A stretch of 64,000 nt of DNA. Origin: Candidatus Altiarchaeota archaeon (GTDB taxonomy: Archaea; Altiarchaeota; Altiarchaeia; IMC4; QMZM01). A program made the translations under genes and the position numbers. The notes under the pieces are model-generated. The model was not told the DNA's origin. It saw only the letters and a list, made by a program, of their open reading frames with translations, and searched no databases. Each line of letters opens with the position of its first letter. Position 1 is the stretch's first letter. Positions 17,374 through 26,455 of the stretch are shown piece after piece. The DNA lies in the NCBI GenBank assembly GCA_038891095.1, contig JAWAEV010000004.1, forward strand, positions 570-64,569, written 5' to 3'.

Positions 17374-19731
17374 ATGGCTAAAAGAAATTTAAATTTTTGG
17401 GGTTTTTTGGTAGTTGGAATTTTTATGTTTTTTCTTGGAAATGTTAGTGCAATTTCATGCACTTGCAGTAGTTGTGATGGTTGCACTGCCGCTTTGAATG
17501 ACAATATTGGTTGCCCTCTTGGAGTAAATTTAACAGCAGACATAACAAACCATGCAGGAACTTGTATTAATAATCCTGAAAACTTCTCTAATAAAATTTT
17601 TGATTGTCAAGGACATACAATAGATGGAGATGGTTCTGGAACAGATTATGGAATTTATTTAAATGGAAAAACAGGCAACACAATAAAGAATTGTATAATT
17701 ACTGGCTTTTATAGGGGAATTTATTTATGGTCTTCCTCAAGCAACACCCTGACAAGCAACACTGCAAGCTCAAATTATTATGGAATTTATTTATATTCTT
17801 CCTCAAACAACACCCTGACAAGCAACACTGCAAGCTCAAATTATTATGGAATTTATTTAGGTTCTTCCTCAAACAACACCCTGACAAGCAACACTGCAAG
17901 CTCAAATAGTTATGGAATTTATTTAGGTTCTTCCTCAAACAACACCCTGACAAACAACACTGCAAGCTCAAATAGTTATGGAATTCGTTTATATTCTTCC
18001 TCAAACAACATCCTGACAAACAACACTGCAAGCTCAAATGATAAAGGAATTTATTTATATTCTTCCTCAAACAACATCCTGACAAGCAACACTGCAAGCT
18101 CAAATAGTTATGGAATTTATTTATATTCTTCCTCAAACAACACTCTGACAAATAATACAATGAACAACAATACATATAATTTTGGCATATATGGAGAGGA
18201 TATTTCACATTATTATCAAGACATCAACACATCAAACACAGTTGATGGAAAGCCAATTTATTATTGGACAAATGAAAAATATGCTCCAAATAATTGTAAA
18301 AATGTAGAAATAGATGAATCAAGTAATGCTGGGTTTGTTGCATTAGTTTCTTGTGAGAATATTACAGTAAAAAATTTAAATTTAAATCACAACGATGAGG
18401 GAATTTTATTAGTAAATACAACAAATAGCAAAATTTTAAACAACAATGCAAGTTCAAATGGTGAAGGAATTTATTTATATTCTTCATCAAACAACAACAT
18501 AACAAGCAACATTGCAAGCTCAAATGGTGATGGAATTTCTTTATATTCTTCCTCAAACAACATCCTGACAAACAACACTGCAAACTCAAATAGTAATTAT
18601 GGAATTTCTTTATATTCTTCCTCAAACAACACTCTGACAAACAACACTGCAAGCTCAAATGGTTATCTTGGAATTTATTTATATTCTTCCTCAAACAACA
18701 CCCTGACAAACAACACTGCAAGCTCAAATAGTTATGGAATTTATATTTTTTATAATTCAAATTTCAACGAAATTTTAAATAACAAAATTTCTAACAACAC
18801 CAAGACAGGAATTACAATATCTGACTGTAATCCTCTGGGTTGGTGTGGAAATGGAAATACAAATAACACCATTGAAAACAATGAAATTTTAAATAATAAA
18901 ATTGGGATATTCTCACAGGCATCAAATTCAACGATAAATGGAAATACTGTTTGTGGCAATACAAATCTTGACTTTAATTCTTCAGATTGGCTTTTAAGCA
19001 ACGGAGATAATAACACCTGTGATAAACCAGATGGATGGAATGATACAGGAACCACAGGATGCACTTATTCTTGTCCTGTAGTATGCACTTGTAATAGTTG
19101 TTCAGATTGTAATGCAAAACTAAATAGTGTTTCTTGCACAGAAGTAAAACTAACCGCAGACATTTCAGATTTTGCAGGAACTTGTATAGACAATCCTTCA
19201 AACTTCACAAATAAAATTTTTGATTGTCAAGGCTATAGAATAGATGGTGCCAGTTCAACTTCAAATCAAGGGATTTATTTGGATAACAAGAGTAATAACA
19301 CTATAAAGAATTGCTTAATCAATGACTTTTATGATGGGATACTCCTCTATCCGGGATCTAAAAATAATACTATACTTAATAACACAATTAGCAATACAAC
19401 TTATGGAATTAGAATGTCTAGCTCTGTGAATAACACTATAGAAGGGAATCTAATAATTAACAATTCAAAAGGCCTATATGTCTCTGATTTCGGAGCAAAA
19501 GAAAATCTCTTAAGATCTAACAGAGTTTGCCTTAATGGTATTGATATTGACGGAGCTAAGGTAGGTTTGAATTATGGCTACAATAACACTTGCAATACAA
19601 GTGATAATTGGAATGATCTAAGCACTTGGAGTTGCAAATACACTTGCGATGGCAAGCAGAGAGTTATCTTTTCATTTCCATTTTATTTTGGTTGGAATTT
19701 AATTTCAGTACCCCTAAATTTTGTTTCATAA
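17374..19731 (+). CDS. Secreted two-module right-handed parallel beta-helix (PbH1/NosD-like) surface protein
   Basis: 785 aa with a signal peptide. Cys-rich cap motifs (CTCSSCDGC...TCINNPENFSNKIFDCQGHTIDG) are followed by 22 aa N/S/T-rich beta-helix rungs. The C-terminus is GWNLISVPLNFVS. Confidence 0.8.
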   Translation: MAKRNLNFWGFLVVGIFMFFLGNVSAISCTCSSCDGCTAALNDNIGCPLGVNLTADITNHAGTCINNPENFSNKIFDCQGHTIDGDGSGTDYGIYLNGKTGNTIKNCIITGFYRGIYLWSSSSNTLTSNTASSNYYGIYLYSSSNNTLTSNTASSNYYGIYLGSSSNNTLTSNTASSNSYGIYLGSSSNNTLTNNTASSNSYGIRLYSSSNNILTNNTASSNDKGIYLYSSSNNILTSNTASSNSYGIYLYSSSNNTLTNNTMNNNTYNFGIYGEDISHYYQDINTSNTVDGKPIYYWTNEKYAPNNCKNVEIDESSNAGFVALVSCENITVKNLNLNHNDEGILLVNTTNSKILNNNASSNGEGIYLYSSSNNNITSNIASSNGDGISLYSSSNNILTNNTANSNSNYGISLYSSSNNTLTNNTASSNGYLGIYLYSSSNNTLTNNTASSNSYGIYIFYNSNFNEILNNKISNNTKTGITISDCNPLGWCGNGNTNNTIENNEILNNKIGIFSQASNSTINGNTVCGNTNLDFNSSDWLLSNGDNNTCDKPDGWNDTGTTGCTYSCPVVCTCNSCSDCNAKLNSVSCTEVKLTADISDFAGTCIDNPSNFTNKIFDCQGYRIDGASSTSNQGIYLDNKSNNTIKNCLINDFYDGILLYPGSKNNTILNNTISNTTYGIRMSSSVNNTIEGNLIINNSKGLYVSDFGAKENLLRSNRVCLNGIDIDGAKVGLNYGYNNTCNTSDNWNDLSTWSCKYTCDGKQRVIFSFPFYFGWNLISVPLNFVS
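17731..18126 (+). repeat. Six tandem, roughly 95%-identical 66 bp coding repeats (22 aa beta-helix rungs)
   Basis: The unit tcttcctcaaacaacaccctgacaagcaacactgcaagctcaaat(a/t)(g/t)ttatggaatttatttatat begins at 17731, 17797, 17863, 17929, 17995 and 18061. A diverged seventh copy follows. Confidence 0.95.
18481..18750 (+). repeat. Second block of four 66-69 bp tandem coding repeats of the same family
   Basis: Copies begin at 18481, 18547, 18616 and 18685 and encode SSSNN(I/T)LTNNTA(S/N)SN..YGI(S/Y)LY rungs. Confidence 0.9.
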
Positions 19732-19772
19732 CGATTTTTTTTACTTTGGATTCTAATTTATAATGTCTAAAA

Positions 19773-22403
19773 ATGAATTGCAAAAGTTTAATCTTTAGAA
19801 TATTATTTTGTTGCTTGCTCCTTTTGCTGAGTGAAAATATTTTTGCTTACACAAGTGAGGGCAACGGAACTTGCAACTGTAATGGTTGTACTGACTGCCA
19901 AAATGCGTTAAGCAATAACACAAACTGCTCTGTGCTTGTAAAATTAACAGAGGATATTATAGATCATGCAGGAACATGCATCAATAATCCCGAAAACTTC
20001 AACAACAAAGTCTTTGATTGTCAAGGCCATAGAATAGATGGTGATAACACAGGAACAGATTACGGAATTTATCTCTATAATAAAGTTAACGATACTATAA
20101 AAAATTGCATCATCACTCAATTTTATAATGGGATTTATATATCTGCTTATGGCTATCATATTATAGCGAACAATACCATAAATTCAAATACTGAAAGCGG
20201 TGTTCGAATAGAGGCTAATTACAATCTTCTCGCTAATAACACTGCGAATTCAAATGTTTATGGAGTTTACCTAACAAGCGCTCCATACAATATTCTGGAG
20301 GGAAATACCTTAATTTTGAATACCGCTTATGGAATTTTTTTGTATTACTCTGCGTATAATAACATAAGTAAAAATACTGCAAATTCTAATACTCTATGCG
20401 GGATTTATCTTTTTGGCTCCCCGCGGTGTAACATCGTAAACAACACCGCTATTTCAAACAAATATGGGCTTTATCTCACATATTATTCAGATTATAATAA
20501 TATATTATCTAATAATTTTTCTGGTAACCAAATAGGATTTGTCACATCCCATACTGACCCAAATGGAGTTTATTATAGCTTAGGAAACTCTGGCAATACT
20601 CTTAGAGAAAACGAAATTTCAAATAATGGTAATGGAATTTATTCCATTGGCTCGAGTTCGACAATAAACTGGAACAGAGTCTGTGGAAATGGAAACTTAG
20701 ATTTTAACTCCACAAATTGGCAATCAAGCTCTGGAGATAATAACACTTGCGACAAACCGCAAATTTGGAATGACTATCTAACAACCGGTTGCACATACAG
20801 CTGCACAACAAAAACTGACTACATCTGCAACTGCTCGAATTGTGATGATTGTGAGGAAAGGATAATTGATCAAAATTGCAGAGAGATAAGACTAAGCACA
20901 GATATAAGCAGTTATACTGGCACATGTATCGATAATCCTGAAAATTTTAATAACAAAATTTTTGATTGTCAAGGACATAAGATAGATGGGGATGACTTGG
21001 AGATAGATTATGGAATTTACTTAAGTGCCAAGGATAACAATACGATAAAAAACTGTGTTATTACTGACTTCTATCATGGAATTTTCCTAAATTTTTCTTC
21101 AAACATAACATTATCAAACATTAACACAAGTTCGCACACTCAGTATGGTGTCTTTCTACTCCACTCTATAGGTAACTTATTAGCAAACTTGACTGCAAAC
21201 TCAAACAGTCAGAATGGAGTTTACATGCGCTCTTCATCACAGAATACTTTAGTGGATTTGACTGCAAATTCGAATAGTCAGAATGGAGTTTATCTCTATA
21301 ACTCTGTAAATAATACTCTATTTACAATAACTGCAAATTCAAATAGCCAAAATGGTATATATCTATACAATTCTTCCCACAATCAATTATCAAACAGCAC
21401 AGTGAGCTTAAATAGCTATGGGTTGTATCTTCTGTACTCATCAAATTTTAACAACATTTCAAACAACAGATTCTTTAACAACACAAATAATGGAATTACG
21501 ACATCCAATTGTGACACCTCGCTATGGTGTCCTGGTGGAAATACGAACAACACTCTGCAAGGGAATAGAATTTTGAATAACAATATTGGAATTTACTCTA
21601 AAAGCTCAAGTTCAACAATAAATTCAAACTTAGTGTGTGAAAACTCAAATTTAGATTTCAATTCTATAGACTGGCAATTAAGTTTTGGAGATGACAACAC
21701 ATGCAACAGACCTGATGGGTGGAATGACACAGGAGCAATAGGATGCACATATCATTGTCCATGTTATTGTTCTTCATGCTCTAGTTGTCAAGAAAAGTTG
21801 AATGACACTTCATGCAACATGGTTTACCTAACATCAAATATACTCAATTCCCCATCAACTTGCATTAATAACCCAGAAAATTTCATCAATAAAACCTTTG
21901 ATTGTCAGCAATATATCATTGATGGTAATGGCCTAAATTATGGAATCTATTTGAACGGAAAATCTTGGAATACAATAAAGAACTGTATGGTTACTGGATT
22001 TTACAATGGCATATATCTGTTCAATTCCTCCAACAACACTCTTCTTTATAACACGGTAAATTCAAATAACTATACTGGAATTTTCCTCTCCTACTCTTCT
22101 GGTAATACTTTTTCTGGAATAACAGCAAACAACAACAAACAGCATGGATTTTATGCTGATGCTTCCTCAACCAACAATAAAATAAACTCAAATACTTTCT
22201 GTTACAATAATGGAACAGTTGATAGTTATGACATTTATAATACGGATTCAAATTTTGGTGATGATAACATATGCGATTCTTTCTATGGTTGGGAAGACGA
22301 AAGTAGTTTTCTTGGATGTAAACACACATGTGATGGTAGAGTAAGATATCGCCTACTTCTACAGATTGGCTGGAATCTCATCTCATTTCCTGTGGATATC
22401 TAA
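19773..22403 (+). CDS. Secreted three-module right-handed beta-helix (PbH1/NosD-like) surface protein, paralog of the upstream gene
   Basis: 876 aa with a signal peptide (LFCCLLLLLSENIFA). It has three cap motifs (about 19872-20042, 20826-20990, 21762-21926) and three end-caps (C..N.DFNS.DW....GD(D/N)NTC..P.GWND....GCTY.C). The C-terminus is GWNLISFPVDI. Confidence 0.8.
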   Translation: MNCKSLIFRILFCCLLLLLSENIFAYTSEGNGTCNCNGCTDCQNALSNNTNCSVLVKLTEDIIDHAGTCINNPENFNNKVFDCQGHRIDGDNTGTDYGIYLYNKVNDTIKNCIITQFYNGIYISAYGYHIIANNTINSNTESGVRIEANYNLLANNTANSNVYGVYLTSAPYNILEGNTLILNTAYGIFLYYSAYNNISKNTANSNTLCGIYLFGSPRCNIVNNTAISNKYGLYLTYYSDYNNILSNNFSGNQIGFVTSHTDPNGVYYSLGNSGNTLRENEISNNGNGIYSIGSSSTINWNRVCGNGNLDFNSTNWQSSSGDNNTCDKPQIWNDYLTTGCTYSCTTKTDYICNCSNCDDCEERIIDQNCREIRLSTDISSYTGTCIDNPENFNNKIFDCQGHKIDGDDLEIDYGIYLSAKDNNTIKNCVITDFYHGIFLNFSSNITLSNINTSSHTQYGVFLLHSIGNLLANLTANSNSQNGVYMRSSSQNTLVDLTANSNSQNGVYLYNSVNNTLFTITANSNSQNGIYLYNSSHNQLSNSTVSLNSYGLYLLYSSNFNNISNNRFFNNTNNGITTSNCDTSLWCPGGNTNNTLQGNRILNNNIGIYSKSSSSTINSNLVCENSNLDFNSIDWQLSFGDDNTCNRPDGWNDTGAIGCTYHCPCYCSSCSSCQEKLNDTSCNMVYLTSNILNSPSTCINNPENFINKTFDCQQYIIDGNGLNYGIYLNGKSWNTIKNCMVTGFYNGIYLFNSSNNTLLYNTVNSNNYTGIFLSYSSGNTFSGITANNNKQHGFYADASSTNNKINSNTFCYNNGTVDSYDIYNTDSNFGDDNICDSFYGWEDESSFLGCKHTCDGRVRYRLLLQIGWNLISFPVDI

Positions 22404-22447
22404 TAAAGTTGTTTCCTGGCTTATAAGTTGAAACAAAAAAGCACTCA

Positions 22448-23947
22448 CTATAAAAACTTAATCTCCTTAGGTAAATTTCCAATTCTTCTATTAAATTCTT
22501 CTGGCCAAGAGTCTTGCTCTAAGCCATGCTGTGCTATAAATGTTGCTAACCATCTTTCTAAACCAACTCCGCTACAGCCTGAATATAAAGCTTCAGAAGA
22601 TTGTGATTTAACATTAAATCCTTTCGGATATTTTTCACCATTATTAGAAACATTTTGAAATTCAAGCCATTCTTTTGAGTATGGTAAGAAAGATTCAAAA
22701 TCTATAGTGCCAACATCTCTTTTGCTTTTATCTTCTTCTGCCAAACCTTTTAAACCTTCTTGAGCCATAAACCATGGTGTAACCCATGACATCCTCCACT
22801 CAAGTTCAAGAATTTCATTGAAAATTTTTCTAAAGCACTCAACTATTTCATCTCTAATTTTCTTAACTTGTTCATGGTAACCAATCCAAACAATCTCCAA
22901 CCTATGAAATTCATCAACTCTTTCAATACCATGAATACCACCAGATTCATATCTCATAGAGGGTCCAGAATGGTCAAAGACCTTTATTGGTAAAGACTCA
23001 TCTGCTATAGTCTTATTCTGGAAGTAAGGCCATAATGGAGGGCATTGAGCATAACAAACACCGCCAATTGGAGGTTTTATATTCTCTTTTATTTCATCAA
23101 CAGGAACATCGCCAGTAATTTTATAGAAATCAATAATATGCTCCCAATCTTCTCTATTCCTTGTTTTTGGTGGGCAGATATAATAAATCTCTGGATAAAT
23201 ACTTTTTGCATGTCCTGATTTTTGCCAGACATCCCATGTCACCGCTTTTGGAATTATAACTTCATTAAAGCCAAGAGGTTTTAACAGCTCCTTAGATACA
23301 ATATCCTCAAAAGTTCTCATTATTTTTGTTGCTATAGGACTAAAAATCCACTGACCTCTGCCGCGATGCATAATCCAGCCATGCTTTTCCATCTCATTTG
23401 TTGGATTTTTATTAAATTTATGTTCTTTTTTTTCAGATTGCCATATTACTTCGTGGTATTCCTCTTTACCTTTGTAATATTGCATGTCAATTTTATCTTC
23501 TATCAGTGAGAGTATTCTGTCAATATAATTTTTCTGCAAAAATTCTTCGTCAAGATTCTCAAGTTTTATCCTACATAATTTTTCTTGAAATTTAATTTCT
23601 TTCACAAATGGTATCCTTATGCTTTCCTTTGGTTCCTTAGAAACTTCAAATTCTATATCATACCGCTTCGCAAAAATTTTTTTCACGCCAAGTTTATGTT
23701 TCTTCCCTAACTGCTCTGCAAAAAAATTTTTCAATCTAAAAATAGCATCATGTGGCCTAACCCATCTCTCAGACTCAATTTCAATTGACAATAAATCACG
23801 ATTTAATTTCCATGACTTAATTTTTGCTCCTCTTCCTTTTGGTGCGCCTTTCTCTAAGATAGTGTCTATGCCCTCTAAAATTTTTTCCATATCAAGTTCT
23901 TCAACATTCCTACTGAATGTTAGCTCAGCACTAAGAAAAAATTTCAT
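22448..23947 (-). CDS. serS: Seryl-tRNA synthetase, methanogen-type (type 2 SerRS)
   Basis: 499 aa. Blocks I recognise from the Methanosarcina barkeri-type enzyme include RPHDAIFRLKNFF, RGQWIFSP, VTWDVWQKSGHAKSIYPEIYYICPP, GGVCYAQCPPLWPY, RYESGGIHGIERVDEFHRLEIVWIG, VTPWFMAQEGL, WLEFQNVSNNGEKYPKGFNVK and SGCSGVGLERW. The C-terminal block is WPEEF..R.G..PK.I.FL. Confidence 0.9.
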   Translation of the reverse strand: MKFFLSAELTFSRNVEELDMEKILEGIDTILEKGAPKGRGAKIKSWKLNRDLLSIEIESERWVRPHDAIFRLKNFFAEQLGKKHKLGVKKIFAKRYDIEFEVSKEPKESIRIPFVKEIKFQEKLCRIKLENLDEEFLQKNYIDRILSLIEDKIDMQYYKGKEEYHEVIWQSEKKEHKFNKNPTNEMEKHGWIMHRGRGQWIFSPIATKIMRTFEDIVSKELLKPLGFNEVIIPKAVTWDVWQKSGHAKSIYPEIYYICPPKTRNREDWEHIIDFYKITGDVPVDEIKENIKPPIGGVCYAQCPPLWPYFQNKTIADESLPIKVFDHSGPSMRYESGGIHGIERVDEFHRLEIVWIGYHEQVKKIRDEIVECFRKIFNEILELEWRMSWVTPWFMAQEGLKGLAEEDKSKRDVGTIDFESFLPYSKEWLEFQNVSNNGEKYPKGFNVKSQSSEALYSGCSGVGLERWLATFIAQHGLEQDSWPEEFNRRIGNLPKEIKFL

Positions 23948-24072
23948 TTTATCACCTCTTTAATTTTTTAATGATTCTTGTTGAGTTGAGATGTATGAAT
24001 ATAAATGAATATAAGTTAGGTATGATAAAAATAAAAGAGAATGTAGTAAAAAGCAAAAAATCAAAAATGTTT

Positions 24073-24606
24073 TTATTCCGATGAGCAGTCTTCGCATATT
24101 AATCTACCCTCAACTGGCTGTAAATTTTCAGAGTAATTACCACAAACTTCACAGATTCCAGATACTGTTCCAGTTATTGTTGTAATGTCAGAAATGTCAA
24201 ATTTTGAATGTTCGCTTATGAGAACATGCATTGCTGGCTCTATTCTGACTAAATCAAACTCTGTGAGAATTCCAATAATGTTATCACCTTGCTTTACAAC
24301 AAGCCTTCTTATGTTTTTGTCACGCATTATTTTTGCTGCTGCATCAATATCAACATGTGGTGCTACTGTTATCAATGGCGATGTCATAACTTCTGCTGCT
24401 GTGATAGTGTTTGGATTCTTACCCTCAGCAACAATTTTATTTATTATATCCCTATCAGTTATCATTCCTAAGCCATGTTTTTTGTCTATTACTATAACTG
24501 AGTCAATGTCATTGTTTTTCATTATTTCTGCGACTCTCTTGATATTTTCATTTGGGCGGACGTATATTACTCCTTTGGTCATGACATCCCCAACTCTTAA
24601 CTCCAT
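24073..24606 (-). CDS. CBS-pair domain protein with a C-terminal zinc ribbon
   Basis: 177 aa. It has two CBS repeats (VGDVMTKGVIYV...GMITDRDI and VMTSPLITV...GILTEFDL) followed by CEVCG...CEDC. Confidence 0.8.
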   Translation of the reverse strand: MELRVGDVMTKGVIYVRPNENIKRVAEIMKNNDIDSVIVIDKKHGLGMITDRDIINKIVAEGKNPNTITAAEVMTSPLITVAPHVDIDAAAKIMRDKNIRRLVVKQGDNIIGILTEFDLVRIEPAMHVLISEHSKFDISDITTITGTVSGICEVCGNYSENLQPVEGRLICEDCSSE

Positions 24607-24675
24607 TTTATTCTTTAAATTTTAACTTTTGCTTCAATTAATTATCAGTTAATTAAATAGAATTAACATTTAAAA

Positions 24676-26382
24676 ATGCGTAGCTTAGATTTTGAAATTA
24701 AAGCGAAGGATATTGCGGCAAGGATAGGAAAATTAAAAATTTCTCAGAAGGAAATTGAAACCCCTGCGCTTTTACCTGTTTATAACCTAAATAAGCAAAT
24801 TATTTCAATTCATGATCTAAAGAGAGAATTCAAAATTAATGCAATAATGACAAACGCTTATTCACTCTTTAAAAATGAAAAATTTAGGGATGATGTAAAA
24901 GAGAAGGGAATACATAAATTTCTGAATTTCTCAGGACTCATTGCAACAGATTCTGGGTCATACCAACTTATGCGTTATGGTTTTGTGAGTGTTAGCAATG
25001 AAGAAATCTTAAAATTTCAAGAGCAGATTAGAGTTGAAATTGGCTCATTTCTTGACATTCCAACTTTACCGTTTGCATATAAAAAAAATGCAGAGCAAGA
25101 CTTAACGACCACATTAGAAAGAGCAAAAGAAGCAAAAAATTTTGACATTGTTATAAATGCAGGAATTCAAGGTTCAACATTTCTTGATTTAAGGAAAAGG
25201 GCAGCAAAATTTATAGGTAAGGAATTTCAGTTGTGCGCAATTGGCGGCATTGTTAAGTTAATGGAAGATTATAAATTTTCAGATTTAGCAAAGATAATTC
25301 TTACTGTCAAGAAAAATATCCCAAGTGATAGAGTTGTGCATGCATTTGGTTTAGGACATCCTATGCTTTTTTCTTTTGCAGTTGCTCTTGGTTGTGATCT
25401 TTTAGATTCTGCAGCATATGCTCTTTTTGCTCAGGATGATCGCTACTTAACATCCGAAGGAACAAAAAAAATTTCTTCGTTAGAGTATTTACCATGTTCA
25501 TGTAAAGTTTGTGAAAATTTCAATGCAAAAGAAATTAGAGAGATGGAAAAAAACAAAAGAGAGATAGAACTTGCAAAGCATAACCTCTATGTTACTCTTG
25601 AAGAAATAAAAAAAATAAAACAAGCAATAAAAGAGCAGGCCTTGTGGGAATTTTTGGAAATTAGAGCAAGAGCACATCCAGAACTTTTTCTTTGCTTAAA
25701 AGAAATTCAAAGACATAAGAAATTTTTAGCAAAGTTAGATATGATAACAAAGAAACAAGGTTTTTATTTTCTTAGTAATGAATCAAAAAATAGAACTGAA
25801 ATTGTAAATGCTAAGGAGAGGATAAAGAGAATTAATTCAAAAAATTCTATAGAGCTTAAGCCATTTGGAAGAGTGCCAATTGAAATTCTTGAAATTTACC
25901 CTTTCAATTCGCTAATGCCAAAAGAAGAGAAAATTAAAATTGATGAAATACAAAAAATAAGACAGATAATGAACTACCAATTTGGCATAAATGCTGAAAA
26001 TACACTACCGGAAAAATTTCATGTGAAAAAATCAAGAAAAACTCTTAGAGCGAGAGCGATTTATTATGGTAGAGAGATGATTGCATCTATAAGAGCATCA
26101 GATCACTTTATAATTCCACATAAATTTTTAGCAGAAAAATTGCATGAAAAATTTCCATACCCAAATTTGAGAGTTGTAATTCATGATGATGCAGTTCAAT
26201 TTGTAAAACAAGGCAAAAGCGTTTTTGCAAAATTTGTTTTAGATATTGACAAAAATTTAAGAGCAGGTGATGAAGTTTTAATTGTTGATAAAAAGGATAA
26301 TCTACTTAGGACAGGTACATTATTACTTTCGCCAATTGAAGCAAAAACATTCAAAAGAGGAGTTGCTGTTAGAGTACGCTAA
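24676..26382 (+). CDS. tgtA: Archaeosine tRNA-guanine transglycosylase (ArcTGT) with a C-terminal PUA domain
   Basis: 568 aa. The TGT core (TPALLPV, ATDSGSYQ, GLGHP) carries the zinc motif CSCKVCENF. A PUA-like C-terminal region includes FAKFVLDIDKNLRAGDEVLIVD. Confidence 0.9.
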   Translation: MRSLDFEIKAKDIAARIGKLKISQKEIETPALLPVYNLNKQIISIHDLKREFKINAIMTNAYSLFKNEKFRDDVKEKGIHKFLNFSGLIATDSGSYQLMRYGFVSVSNEEILKFQEQIRVEIGSFLDIPTLPFAYKKNAEQDLTTTLERAKEAKNFDIVINAGIQGSTFLDLRKRAAKFIGKEFQLCAIGGIVKLMEDYKFSDLAKIILTVKKNIPSDRVVHAFGLGHPMLFSFAVALGCDLLDSAAYALFAQDDRYLTSEGTKKISSLEYLPCSCKVCENFNAKEIREMEKNKREIELAKHNLYVTLEEIKKIKQAIKEQALWEFLEIRARAHPELFLCLKEIQRHKKFLAKLDMITKKQGFYFLSNESKNRTEIVNAKERIKRINSKNSIELKPFGRVPIEILEIYPFNSLMPKEEKIKIDEIQKIRQIMNYQFGINAENTLPEKFHVKKSRKTLRARAIYYGREMIASIRASDHFIIPHKFLAEKLHEKFPYPNLRVVIHDDAVQFVKQGKSVFAKFVLDIDKNLRAGDEVLIVDKKDNLLRTGTLLLSPIEAKTFKRGVAVRVR

Positions 26383-26455
26383 TAAATCTACTATTTAAAT
26401 TATAAATCAAATATTATCAAATATATAAAATTTAAGTAAATTTAAAGGTGGAATT

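Noticed and set aside
17731-18750. Possible CRISPR array, because of regularly spaced near-identical repeats
   Set aside because: The repeats are directly adjacent with no unique spacers and are 66-69 bp long. They are in frame within a coding sequence and encode beta-helix rungs. No cas genes are in the window.
17699-18760. Repeat-containing ORFs on the minus strand (17699..18208 and 18362..18760) and in an alternative plus frame (17727..17909) with periodic CC/LSLQCC motifs
   Set aside because: Their periodicity simply mirrors the 66 bp tandem repeats of the beta-helix gene. The sense frame has a signal peptide, caps and paralog support, and these frames have none.
24185-24625. A 146 aa plus-strand ORF (and 24289..24471) overlapping the CBS-domain gene. 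Similar antisense ORFs overlap serS (22428..22658, 23619..23963), SBDS (27366..27767), rrp41/rrp42 (28875..30105), polB, infB and the giant adhesin (for example 53721..54119).
   Set aside because: All lie entirely antisense to genes with strong motif support, and none has recognisable motifs. This is expected background for long genes in AT-rich genomes.
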